47,192 bases of DNA, from contig JALEMY010000023.1 of assembly GCA_022767485.1 (NCBI GenBank), positions 1 through 47,192 on the forward strand, written 5' to 3'. Both the position numbers and the translations under genes were made by a program. Shown here in pieces: positions 30,977 to 39,624 of the stretch. Source of the DNA: Erysipelotrichaceae bacterium. GTDB lineage: Bacteria > Bacillota_I > Bacilli_A > RFN20 > CAG-631. Each line of letters opens with the position of its first letter. The first letter of the stretch is position 1. The notes beneath the pieces are model-generated. The model had not been told where the DNA came from and made no database searches. It saw nothing but the letters and a program-made list of their open reading frames with translations.

Positions 30977-32284
30977 ATGAATGTATCTTTTATTTCTTTA
31001 GGCTGTGTAAAAAACTTAGTTGACAGCGAATATATCTTAGGATTATTAAGACAAGATAATACTATAAATGTCATCGATGACATTTCTTTAAGCGATGTTA
31101 TTTTTATAAACACTTGCGGGTTTATAAACGATGCTAAAAAAGAAGCTATCGATACAATTTTTTCTGTAATTAACGAAAAAAAAGATGATGCATATATCAT
31201 CGTAATTGGTTGCTTAGCAAAACGTTATAAAAAGGAATTGAGTGAACAAATACCAGAAATTGATTTGATAGTTGGTGTTGATGAGTATGATACTATTGGA
31301 GAGGCAATTAACCAACTACTTAAAACTTCTTTACCTAAAACTTATAATCCTTTAAAAAGAAGTTTATCAAATCCACTACCCGTTGCTTATTTAAAAATTG
31401 GTGAGGGTTGTTCTAATAAATGTGCTTATTGTGCAATACCTTTAATTAGAGGAGATTATTATTCATATACTAAAGAACAAATAATAAACGATGCTAAAAG
31501 ATTGATTTCTTTAGGAAAAAAAGAAATTATTGTTATCGCACAAGATCCTACTCGTTATGGTAAGGATATTTATGGTGATAATTACTTATTAGAAGATTTA
31601 TTAAAAGATTTATTGATGCTTGATGAAAGTGTTAATTACAGAGTTTTATATTTATATCCTGACCGCATTAGCGATCAATTAATAGAATTATTTAAAAATC
31701 ATAAAAACCTACTTCCTTATTTTGACATTCCAATTCAACATTCTAGCAATAAAATATTGAATTTAATGAAACGTAGTGGTAGTAAAGAAAAATATATAGA
31801 AAGAATTGCAAAAATTAGAAAAGAAGTTGATAATGCTATTTTAAGAACCACATTGATTGTAGGTTTTCCAAATGAAAGTCAAGAAGACTTTGATGACTTA
31901 AAAGAATTTGTTAAACAAATAAAATTCGATCATCTTGGTGTTTTTGCCTATTCTGATGAAGAAGATACATTAGCTTTTAATATGGAAAATAAAATAGCAA
32001 GTAAAATAGCTAAAAAAAGAGAAAAAGAAATTATGAAAATTCAAAATGAAATTTCTTTTACATTAAATAAAAAAAGAATAAATGAAATACATGATGTTTT
32101 AATAGAAGACTTTGATGGCAATAATTATTATGGAAGAAGTTATTTGTATGCTCCAGATGCAGAAGATGGACAATTTATCATCCATAGTGATAAAAGCTTA
32201 ATCATTGGTGAATATGTTAAAGTTAAAATCATAGATGTCACTGCATATGATGTTATAGGAGAGGTCATAGATATACTTCCTTAA
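30977..32284 (+). CDS. rimO: Ribosomal protein S12 methylthiotransferase
   Basis: SLGCVKNLVDSE, NTCGFI, CSNKCAYC radical SAM motif, YLYP, APDAEDG TRAM domain. Confidence 0.94.
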   Translation: MNVSFISLGCVKNLVDSEYILGLLRQDNTINVIDDISLSDVIFINTCGFINDAKKEAIDTIFSVINEKKDDAYIIVIGCLAKRYKKELSEQIPEIDLIVGVDEYDTIGEAINQLLKTSLPKTYNPLKRSLSNPLPVAYLKIGEGCSNKCAYCAIPLIRGDYYSYTKEQIINDAKRLISLGKKEIIVIAQDPTRYGKDIYGDNYLLEDLLKDLLMLDESVNYRVLYLYPDRISDQLIELFKNHKNLLPYFDIPIQHSSNKILNLMKRSGSKEKYIERIAKIRKEVDNAILRTTLIVGFPNESQEDFDDLKEFVKQIKFDHLGVFAYSDEEDTLAFNMENKIASKIAKKREKEIMKIQNEISFTLNKKRINEIHDVLIEDFDGNNYYGRSYLYAPDAEDGQFIIHSDKSLIIGEYVKVKIIDVTAYDVIGEVIDILP

Positions 32285-32296
32285 CGAGGTGATTTT

Positions 32297-32836
32297 TTGA
32301 AATTTAAAAGTGACTATAAAGCTATTGAAAACTATCATAAAGTCACAAAAAATATTGAAAAAAAACTATTAAATGTCGATAGTGAAATCGCTATGGAATT
32401 CGTTGAATGGTTTGATAAAAAAGCTACTTATTTAAAACAATCTTTGCAAAAAAGTTCCTATCTTCCTCAACCGGATGATTTAAAAAAAGGGGATATTGTT
32501 TGGGTTGAATTTGGTATTAATGTTGGAACTGAACTTTCCGATAGGAATAAAAAAGGTCATTATGCAATAGTTTGGGCGATTGATCTTGGAAATATTATCG
32601 TCATTCCATTATCAAGCAAGCCAATATTAGCAAGTAAACTTAGTTTAGATTTAGGAGTAATCGATGAATTAAACGCAGATTTTTCATCTTCTCATTCATA
32701 TTTAAAAGTTGACGCTATAAGATCTGTTTGCAAAAGACGAATTTCACGAATGAATAAGCAAAGCAGTGGCAAAATATCATTGCCACAAGAAAAAATCGAG
32801 CAAATAAGTCAATTTTTAAAAGATAATTTTATATAA
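32297..32836 (+). CDS. PemK/MazF-like endoribonuclease-fold protein
   Basis: KKGDIVWVEFGINVGTELS...HYAIV...VIPLSSK...IRSVCKRRI; TTG start behind GAGGTGA. Confidence 0.8.
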   Translation: MKFKSDYKAIENYHKVTKNIEKKLLNVDSEIAMEFVEWFDKKATYLKQSLQKSSYLPQPDDLKKGDIVWVEFGINVGTELSDRNKKGHYAIVWAIDLGNIIVIPLSSKPILASKLSLDLGVIDELNADFSSSHSYLKVDAIRSVCKRRISRMNKQSSGKISLPQEKIEQISQFLKDNFI

Positions 32837-32872
32837 AAAATGTTTACATTGATATTAGTAAACATTTTTTTT
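32835..32872. terminator. Bidirectional terminator between convergent genes
   Basis: AAAAAATGTTTAC/GTAAACATTTTTT inverted repeat. Confidence 0.75.
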
Positions 32873-32873
32873 A

Positions 32874-35447
32874 TTATTTTTGATATATGACACAATTTCC
32901 TTTTTTACTTCTTTTAACTTCATATAATGCCTTATCGGCCTGTTCAATAAGATTTAATGTTGGAACTTCATTGGCACTACATATTGCAATACCACATGAA
33001 CAAGATAATGAAATATCACAAATTTCAATACTTTCTTGACATTTAAAGCATATTTGTCTTGCTCTTTTTAAGGCATCTTCCGCACAAATGTTTTTAAATA
33101 ATATAATAAATTCATCTCCACCATAACGACATATTATATCATCGCTTCTAACACTATGCCTTATCATTTCCGTAAAAGCAGAAATGATACGATCTCCTAT
33201 ATCATGGCCATATGTATCGTTAACTTTTTTTAAATTATCTAAATCAAATAAGCATAAAGCGAGAGGTTTGTGCTCATTACGAATAGCTTCCATAGCCGCA
33301 TTAAAGCCTCTTCTATTTAAAAGATTAGTCATATAATCATGATGAGCCTCATTGATTAAAGTTTTAATTTTCCTATGTGTTAAGGCTTCATCAATTAAAT
33401 GTTGTACTTTTTTTCTTAAGTCAAATAAAGGATGAAGTTTGCATAGAAAATCATCAGCTTCTAATGCTAATTGATTCTTTTCAATTTTCAGACTATTTGG
33501 TGTAGTGGCAAGAACTGGTATTTCCCAACATCCAGACTCGCTTCTTAAATATTTCATAATCTTTACTGCCCCATCATTTGCTAATGTCATACTTAAAATG
33601 ATAATTGCGATAGCTTCTCCTTGTTCCTTTATCTTTTCAATAACTTGACATGCATCACTTAAAGAAATTATATTGTATGATTCATTAAACAAATCACATA
33701 TTTTTTTAGAAAACTTAGCGTCATCATCAGCTAGTAAGATAGTGTACTTGCTTGTTTCATTAGTAAACACTTTTTTATTTATTCTAATTGGCTTATCTTT
33801 TTGCGATAATAATAATTCTTCATAATCTTTTATTTTCATTGGACGAGCAAAAAAGAAACCTTGTACATAGTCACATCCTACAGTTTGTAAGCGACGTATT
33901 TGCTCTTTTGTTTCAACACCTTCAGCTATAACTTTAAGATTTAAACGATGAGCCATATTGATGACATCATTTAAAATGCTATGTTCTATTGGTTTTGCAG
34001 TTTCTGCATGAACGAAATTTGTATCTAATTTTAATGTGTCAAGTTTCATTTCCCCTATCATACTTAATGATGAATATCCACTTCCAAAGTCATCCATTTC
34101 TATTTCAAAGCCAATATTTCTTAGATTGTTCATTGTCATGATCATTTGTTCTTGGCTTTCTGCATAAGCACTTTCAGTGATTTCTAAGTGAACAAATGAA
34201 GGATCTATATCATATTTTTTGATAAGATTTGCTAAATACTCTATAATGTCTGGCTCATAAATATCAATTCTTGAAACGTTTATTGATATAGGTAAATATG
34301 GATAATTTTTTTCTTTAAAATTAGACAAATAAATGCAGACTTGTTCCCAAACATATTTATCAAGACGAGAAATAAAGCCACTTTTTTCAAAAATAGGCAT
34401 AAAAACATTTGGTGGAATTAAGCCATGTTGTGGGTGATTCCATCTAACTAGTGCTTCAGCACCAATCATAATATTGTCATTAATATCGTATTTTGGCTGT
34501 AAATAAACTTCAAATTGATTTTCTTTTAATGAACTTTCCATACAATCTGTTATAGCCTTTTCCGACAATAATTTTTCACGTAAAGCATCATCATATATTG
34601 CAAAAAATTGATTGTAAGAACCTTTTATACTATTTACAGCAAGAAGCGCTCTACTACACATTTGCTCTATAGAAATACTAGTATCATTGATATAATAAAC
34701 TCCCCATCTCATGACTACTTTATTGATACTTGAAGATAAAGAAACATTAATTTTACCAAATCTTTCCCTATCTTTTTTTTCTTGATTCGCCTCTTGAAGA
34801 CATACAAATCTATCAGCAGAATATCGACCACAAATACCATTTTTTCCAACCATTTCTATCATGATATTTGCTAATTCTTTTAATAATTTATCTCCTTGTT
34901 CAACACCATAAACATCATTGTATAATTTAAAATTTTCAATATTACTACAAACAATGCAATAATGTTTATCGGGGTTTTCCGCTAATCTATTTTTAACTTT
35001 TTGGAAAAAATAATCGATTTTATATAGATTAGTAAGACGATCATAGCGAAGGTTATTAACTAATGCTGCTGTTTCACGAAGCGTAATAATACTTTTTACA
35101 CGATGCAAGATAACATCGTTATTGTATGGTTTACTAATAAAATCATTAGCTCCATGTTTTAAAGCTTTTACTTCATCTTCTTGACTATTTCCTTGGGTTA
35201 TAACAATTACTGGAATAAGCGATAAAACATTATCTTTTTTGATAATATCAAGAAATGTATAACCATCCATGACAGGCATAATAATATCAAGTAAAATCAA
35301 ATCAACATCTTCATTTTCTTTTAAACAATTAAGTCCTTGTTGACCGTTTTCAGCTAAAATTACACTGTATTGTTCATGTAATACTTCATAAAGCATATCG
35401 CGATTAATTTTGTTATCTTCAACAACTAAAATTTTCCTTTTTTGCAT
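32874..35447 (-). CDS. c-di-GMP signalling protein REC-GGDEF(degenerate)-EAL-REC(pseudo)-GGDEF
   Basis: LLDIIMP receiver; RYSADRF degenerate cyclase; EALVRW and DDFGSGYSS; second REC; RSDD...RYGGDEF. Confidence 0.92.
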   Translation of the reverse strand: MQKRKILVVEDNKINRDMLYEVLHEQYSVILAENGQQGLNCLKENEDVDLILLDIIMPVMDGYTFLDIIKKDNVLSLIPVIVITQGNSQEDEVKALKHGANDFISKPYNNDVILHRVKSIITLRETAALVNNLRYDRLTNLYKIDYFFQKVKNRLAENPDKHYCIVCSNIENFKLYNDVYGVEQGDKLLKELANIMIEMVGKNGICGRYSADRFVCLQEANQEKKDRERFGKINVSLSSSINKVVMRWGVYYINDTSISIEQMCSRALLAVNSIKGSYNQFFAIYDDALREKLLSEKAITDCMESSLKENQFEVYLQPKYDINDNIMIGAEALVRWNHPQHGLIPPNVFMPIFEKSGFISRLDKYVWEQVCIYLSNFKEKNYPYLPISINVSRIDIYEPDIIEYLANLIKKYDIDPSFVHLEITESAYAESQEQMIMTMNNLRNIGFEIEMDDFGSGYSSLSMIGEMKLDTLKLDTNFVHAETAKPIEHSILNDVINMAHRLNLKVIAEGVETKEQIRRLQTVGCDYVQGFFFARPMKIKDYEELLLSQKDKPIRINKKVFTNETSKYTILLADDDAKFSKKICDLFNESYNIISLSDACQVIEKIKEQGEAIAIIILSMTLANDGAVKIMKYLRSESGCWEIPVLATTPNSLKIEKNQLALEADDFLCKLHPLFDLRKKVQHLIDEALTHRKIKTLINEAHHDYMTNLLNRRGFNAAMEAIRNEHKPLALCLFDLDNLKKVNDTYGHDIGDRIISAFTEMIRHSVRSDDIICRYGGDEFIILFKNICAEDALKRARQICFKCQESIEICDISLSCSCGIAICSANEVPTLNLIEQADKALYEVKRSKKGNCVIYQK

Positions 35448-35469
35448 CTTTTTCTCCCACCTTAACCAA

Positions 35470-38025
35470 CTATTTATTTAATGCTTTATTAATAGTGCTA
35501 TATAATTCTTCAACATCAATAGGTTTAGCAACAAAATAATTCATTCCTGCCTCATAAGATAATTTTTTATCTTCCTCAAAAGCATTAGCTGTCATAGCAA
35601 TTATTGGCAAATTAGCTAATTTTTGATCTTTAAGCAAACGAATGATTCGTGTTGCTTCATAACCATTCATTATTGGCATTTGTATATCCATCAATATCAC
35701 ATCATATGGATTATTGCTACTTTCTTTAACTTTATCAACAGCAATTTTCCCATTTTGAGCAATATCAATGATAGCGTTGGTATCGGACAATATATTGATT
35801 GCAATTTCTCTATTTAAATCATTATCTTCAACAAGAAGAAATCTTTTTGCTGAAAAATCATATTTATTTTCTTTTGCTTTATTATTATTTATATCGCTTT
35901 TAATTACCTTTAATGGTAAATTAATAGTAAAAGTTGTCCCTTTATTCATGATAGATTCTACTGATATAGTACCATTCATCATCTTCACTAATTTATTAAC
36001 GATTGATAAACCAAGCCCACTACCTTCAGTTTTATTGACATTATTTGAATGATCACGTTCAAATGCATCAAAAATATGATCCATGAATTCTTTGCTAATG
36101 CCAATGCCACTGTCACTTACTTTTATTGTGTATATTGAAATACCATCTTCACTTTGCTTTGTCTCACTTAAATCCATGTCAACATGGCCGCCTTTTTTAG
36201 TAAACTTAATGGCATTACCTAATAAATTAATACAAATTCTACTAAGACTTAAATCATCATAAAGAGCTACATTATTATTAATATTTATTGTAAAATGAAA
36301 ATCAAGTCCTGCTCTTTCCATTTCTTCAACAAACATATCTTTTATATCATAAAAATCATCATATAAATTATGAGGAGCTAAAACAAGTTGTGCTTTTCCA
36401 CTTTCAATATGAGCAAGATCTAATACATCGTTGATAATTTTTAATAAAACTTTACTAGATTTTTTAACCTTACCAATATAATTTTTAACTTCATCTCCAT
36501 TATATGCATTTTTTTCAATTAAATCAGCAAAGCCGATAATCGCATTCATTGGTGTTCTAATATCATGAGACATATTAAATAAGAAGGTACTTTTAGCTTC
36601 GCTAGCTTTATTTGCATCTTCCATCGCTTTTTTCAATGTGTTTTGATAATCTATTTCTGCAAGTTTAGACTTAGTAATATCTTGTATACCAATTAGTGCC
36701 TTACTAGGTATATCATCTTTTTTCTCTAAGCAAACGACATTGATTGAAAAATAACCCTCATTTGTATCATCTTTACAATATTTGTATTCATCCTTTATGC
36801 CGTTTTCATTTTCTTTAAGCCCTAACTTTATATTCTCAATACTTGTAAAGTTTCTAAAGCGTTTTCTTTCATCTTCGTCTAATTTCTTTTGTTCATTGTC
36901 TAAAAAATCATTATAAGAACCATTTGATGCTATAGCATTTAATGGTGTGGTATTTAATAAATAACGATATGAATTGTTTTCAAGATCGATCATAACGAAT
37001 GAATCAAATAATTTAGGTGTTCCATGAATTACATAATCCATCTCCTTATTTTCTTCTAAAAGACGATTCTTTTCAATTCTATTTTTATTGATAAGATATA
37101 CTAAATAGGCGAAAAACAAAACAATCAATGATATTTCTAAGAAAACCCCGGCTCTAATTGATTCATTATACATTCTTTCAGTTACTTCTGTTGGAAATGT
37201 TTCAATAAGAAGCCAATCAACACACTCAATATGTGTTACATATCCAATCGCTCTTTTTCCTTTTTCTTTGTAAAAAAACGAACCTGATTTTCTACCTTGA
37301 ATCATTTTTTTAATAATATTTGCATTATTTTCATCAATAGATACATCACTAGTTAAAAAATCATTTAAGTACTTTTTTTCTTCAAATGTCTCGAATTCTT
37401 TATGGTTTAAGGAAATAACATTTCCCTCGTTTGTACACAAAAATGAGGAAGCTTGAACGCCAAAAAATGATGTCTTTAATAGTTCATGCATCCTTTGATT
37501 TGCAAGATATACACCACGAAGAACACCAATTATTTGATCATTTAACATTAATGGCGTATAAAAGTTTACTAATGTTTCTCCAGTAATTCTTGATGTCTCT
37601 ATAGTGCTAATTCCTGAATTTCCTTTCATTCCTTCTATATAATATTCACGGTCTAAAGCATCATTACTACTACCGTCTGAAGCGATATTAACACCATTTA
37701 CATCGACAAAACGAACATAATCAAAATCTGTTTTATTTTCAAGTTCAGCTAGTTGCTCTGGCTGAACTTCATTTGTTGTTAAAGATTTAGAAAACCAATA
37801 AGAAAGCCTTTTCATGTTTTCTAACGTTTCTTTGAAAACACTATCTATCTGCTGTGCTTTTTGTATGCTACTTTCTTGAACATAGCTCTCATTTAATCTT
37901 TCTATACGGCTTTTATTTTGAAACATGAAAATCAAAAACAAAGCAATAATAAGTAAAAATACAAATGCTTTGCTTGAAATAGAATACCACATTTTCTTCA
38001 TGCTCTTATTTTTTAAAGCAGCCAT
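35470..38025 (-). CDS. Membrane hybrid sensor histidine kinase (Cache-like sensor, HisKA, HATPase, REC)
   Basis: Two TM helices around an extracellular domain (DREYY..G); MSHDIRTPMN; NLLGNAIKF; GSGLGL; LMDIQMP. Confidence 0.93.
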   Translation of the reverse strand: MAALKNKSMKKMWYSISSKAFVFLLIIALFLIFMFQNKSRIERLNESYVQESSIQKAQQIDSVFKETLENMKRLSYWFSKSLTTNEVQPEQLAELENKTDFDYVRFVDVNGVNIASDGSSNDALDREYYIEGMKGNSGISTIETSRITGETLVNFYTPLMLNDQIIGVLRGVYLANQRMHELLKTSFFGVQASSFLCTNEGNVISLNHKEFETFEEKKYLNDFLTSDVSIDENNANIIKKMIQGRKSGSFFYKEKGKRAIGYVTHIECVDWLLIETFPTEVTERMYNESIRAGVFLEISLIVLFFAYLVYLINKNRIEKNRLLEENKEMDYVIHGTPKLFDSFVMIDLENNSYRYLLNTTPLNAIASNGSYNDFLDNEQKKLDEDERKRFRNFTSIENIKLGLKENENGIKDEYKYCKDDTNEGYFSINVVCLEKKDDIPSKALIGIQDITKSKLAEIDYQNTLKKAMEDANKASEAKSTFLFNMSHDIRTPMNAIIGFADLIEKNAYNGDEVKNYIGKVKKSSKVLLKIINDVLDLAHIESGKAQLVLAPHNLYDDFYDIKDMFVEEMERAGLDFHFTININNNVALYDDLSLSRICINLLGNAIKFTKKGGHVDMDLSETKQSEDGISIYTIKVSDSGIGISKEFMDHIFDAFERDHSNNVNKTEGSGLGLSIVNKLVKMMNGTISVESIMNKGTTFTINLPLKVIKSDINNNKAKENKYDFSAKRFLLVEDNDLNREIAINILSDTNAIIDIAQNGKIAVDKVKESSNNPYDVILMDIQMPIMNGYEATRIIRLLKDQKLANLPIIAMTANAFEEDKKLSYEAGMNYFVAKPIDVEELYSTINKALNK

Positions 38026-38203
38026 TGTTTTTCCTCAAAAAGATTGCAAATAACACTTTTATTCGCATTTGCCCATTTCTTTCTTTACTAACGATACAAA
38101 AATAATTTTAAGATAATAAATTATCTTACTTATTATAATATTATCATATACCCTAGAACTTATCAAGAATAATGAGCGCTAAGATTTAAAACTATGTAAG
38201 ATA

Positions 38204-38893
38204 TTAATTGTCTAATAGTTTACTAACGCTTACCCATTTAAATCCTCTTTCTTTTAATGTTGGCAAAACAACATCGATAGCTGATAATGTGTTGGTATAT
38301 GTTTTACTTCCATCGTGAAATAAAAATATATCGCCATTAGATACTTTTTTAGTCACATTATTGATGATGTCACTATCTTTTGTTTTATCCCAATCTCTTG
38401 AATCCTTATCAGAAGTCCATAAAATGATGGACATATTTAATTCACCACATACTTCCTTTAATGTGTCATTAACAATACCATAAGGTGGCCTTACTACAGT
38501 TGGTTTTTTCTTGATAATTGAATAAATTAAATCATTTGTTTTGACAATGCTTTCTTTAATTTCTTCTTTGCTCATTTTATTAATGTTTTCATGAGTATAA
38601 AAATGATTTCCAATTTCATGACCTGCTTCACTTACTTTTTTTACAACTTCTTTTTGATATTCGATGTTTTCACCAATCATAAAAAATGTGGCAGTTGCAT
38701 CATATTTTTTTAAAATCTTTAGCACCTTAGGTGTTTGAATTTTGTTTGGTCCATCATCAAAAGTTATCGCTAAATATGGTTCAACAGTCTTGTAGTGATA
38801 ATAAACTTTTGCTTTATTATTTGCAGCGATTTCTTTACTTGAACATGAACACATAGAAACTAACAATAGAATAATCTTTAATATTTTTTTCAT
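38204..38893 (-). CDS. Polysaccharide deacetylase (CE4/NodB), probable lipoprotein
   Basis: TFDDGP, HEIGNHFYTH, RPPYG, DSRDW, LFHD; N-terminal signal with Cys. Confidence 0.92.
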   Translation of the reverse strand: MKKILKIILLLVSMCSCSSKEIAANNKAKVYYHYKTVEPYLAITFDDGPNKIQTPKVLKILKKYDATATFFMIGENIEYQKEVVKKVSEAGHEIGNHFYTHENINKMSKEEIKESIVKTNDLIYSIIKKKPTVVRPPYGIVNDTLKEVCGELNMSIILWTSDKDSRDWDKTKDSDIINNVTKKVSNGDIFLFHDGSKTYTNTLSAIDVVLPTLKERGFKWVSVSKLLDN

Positions 38894-38909
38894 TTTTTTT
38901 CACCATAAC

Positions 38910-38936
38910 AATATATGATTAATAATTTTATGTTAT
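38910..38936 (-). promoter_or_regulatory. Candidate sigma-E-type promoter for the deacetylase
   Basis: ATA-N16-CATATATT on the minus strand. Weak because the DNA is AT-rich. Confidence 0.3.
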
Positions 38937-38957
38937 ACTATTATTCGAGGTGATTTT

Positions 38958-39203
38958 ATGGCAATACATCATTATAAAACAAGCGGTACTTGTTCAAGAG
39001 AAATTATTGTAGATGTTGAAGATGGAATTGTGAAAAATGTTACTTTTATTGGCGGATGTAATGGCAATACGCAAGGAGTAAGTGCTCTTTGTAAAAATAG
39101 ACCAGTAAGAGAGGTTATTTCATTACTTGAAGGCATTAAATGTGGCATTAGGCCAACTTCTTGTCCTGACCAACTTGCAAAAGCTTTAAAAGAAACATTA
39201 TAA
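38958..39203 (+). CDS. TSCPD-domain small protein (TIGR03905-like)
   Basis: GTCS...F.GGCNGN...GIKCG.RPTSCPDQLAKAL. Confidence 0.92.
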   Translation: MAIHHYKTSGTCSREIIVDVEDGIVKNVTFIGGCNGNTQGVSALCKNRPVREVISLLEGIKCGIRPTSCPDQLAKALKETL

Positions 39204-39241
39204 AAAATTAATAATCACCAATAATATATTTGGTGAATATT

Positions 39242-39421
39242 ATGAAAGATGAAGATTATAAAAGACAATTAATTATAGCAAACACTCTTTATGAACTTGG
39301 TATTGATAACGATATTATTACGCAAATAACGACAATATCATCAGATGACTTATCCATTTATCGCAAAATCAAAGAAAATAGCAGAAAAAAGATTGACAGT
39401 AAAAAAGATAAAGATATATAA
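39242..39421 (+). CDS. Small hypothetical protein resembling the helical C-terminal module of Rpn/PD-(D/E)XK proteins
   Basis: IANTLYELGIDNDIITQITTISSDDL fits the IA..L...G.....I..ITGLS...I pattern; GGTGA RBS before ATG 39242. Confidence 0.55.
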   Translation: MKDEDYKRQLIIANTLYELGIDNDIITQITTISSDDLSIYRKIKENSRKKIDSKKDKDI

Positions 39422-39422
39422 T
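39393..39422 (+). promoter_or_regulatory. sigma-A promoter of the metK leader
   Basis: TTGACA-N18-TATAAT about 20 nt before the riboswitch. Confidence 0.7.
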
Positions 39423-39441
39423 AGTTAAGCAAATAAAAAAG

Positions 39442-39542
39442 CTCTTATTTCGAACCCACTTAGATGAAGGATCGTTGAAAGTGGTAGCAACCTTCGAAAG
39501 AAAAGGTGCTGAACCTCAGCAGAGAAATCTGAACAATAAGAG
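39442..39542 (+). ncRNA. SAM-I (S-box) riboswitch aptamer, divergent
   Basis: P1 CTCTTATT/AATAAGAG, P2 CCACTT/AAGTGG, P3 AGCAACC...GGTGCT, P4 CAG...CTG; upstream of metK. Confidence 0.88.
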
Positions 39543-39571
39543 AAAGTTAGTATAATTTTGTGATGAAAATT

Positions 39572-39602
39572 AAAAAGCTTTCCCTTCGGAATGCTTTTTT
39601 TT
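39572..39602 (+). terminator. Riboswitch-controlled leader terminator
   Basis: AAAAAGCTTTCC-CTTC-GGAATGCTTTTT plus a T-run between the aptamer and the metK RBS. Confidence 0.8.
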
Positions 39603-39624
39603 GCATAAAAAGGAGAGAAAGAAC

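Noticed and set aside
12368-32284. Concentration of tRNA/ribosome modification genes (miaA, tsaEBD, rimI, rimO) as a novel system
   Set aside because: mutS-mutL-miaA and tsaE-tsaB-rimI-tsaD are well-known conserved Firmicute arrangements.
38035-38085. GGGCAAA plus hairpin in the kinase leader as a c-di-GMP-I riboswitch
   Set aside because: No GNRA-capped P2, no tetraloop receptor and no P3 stem; only a simple hairpin.
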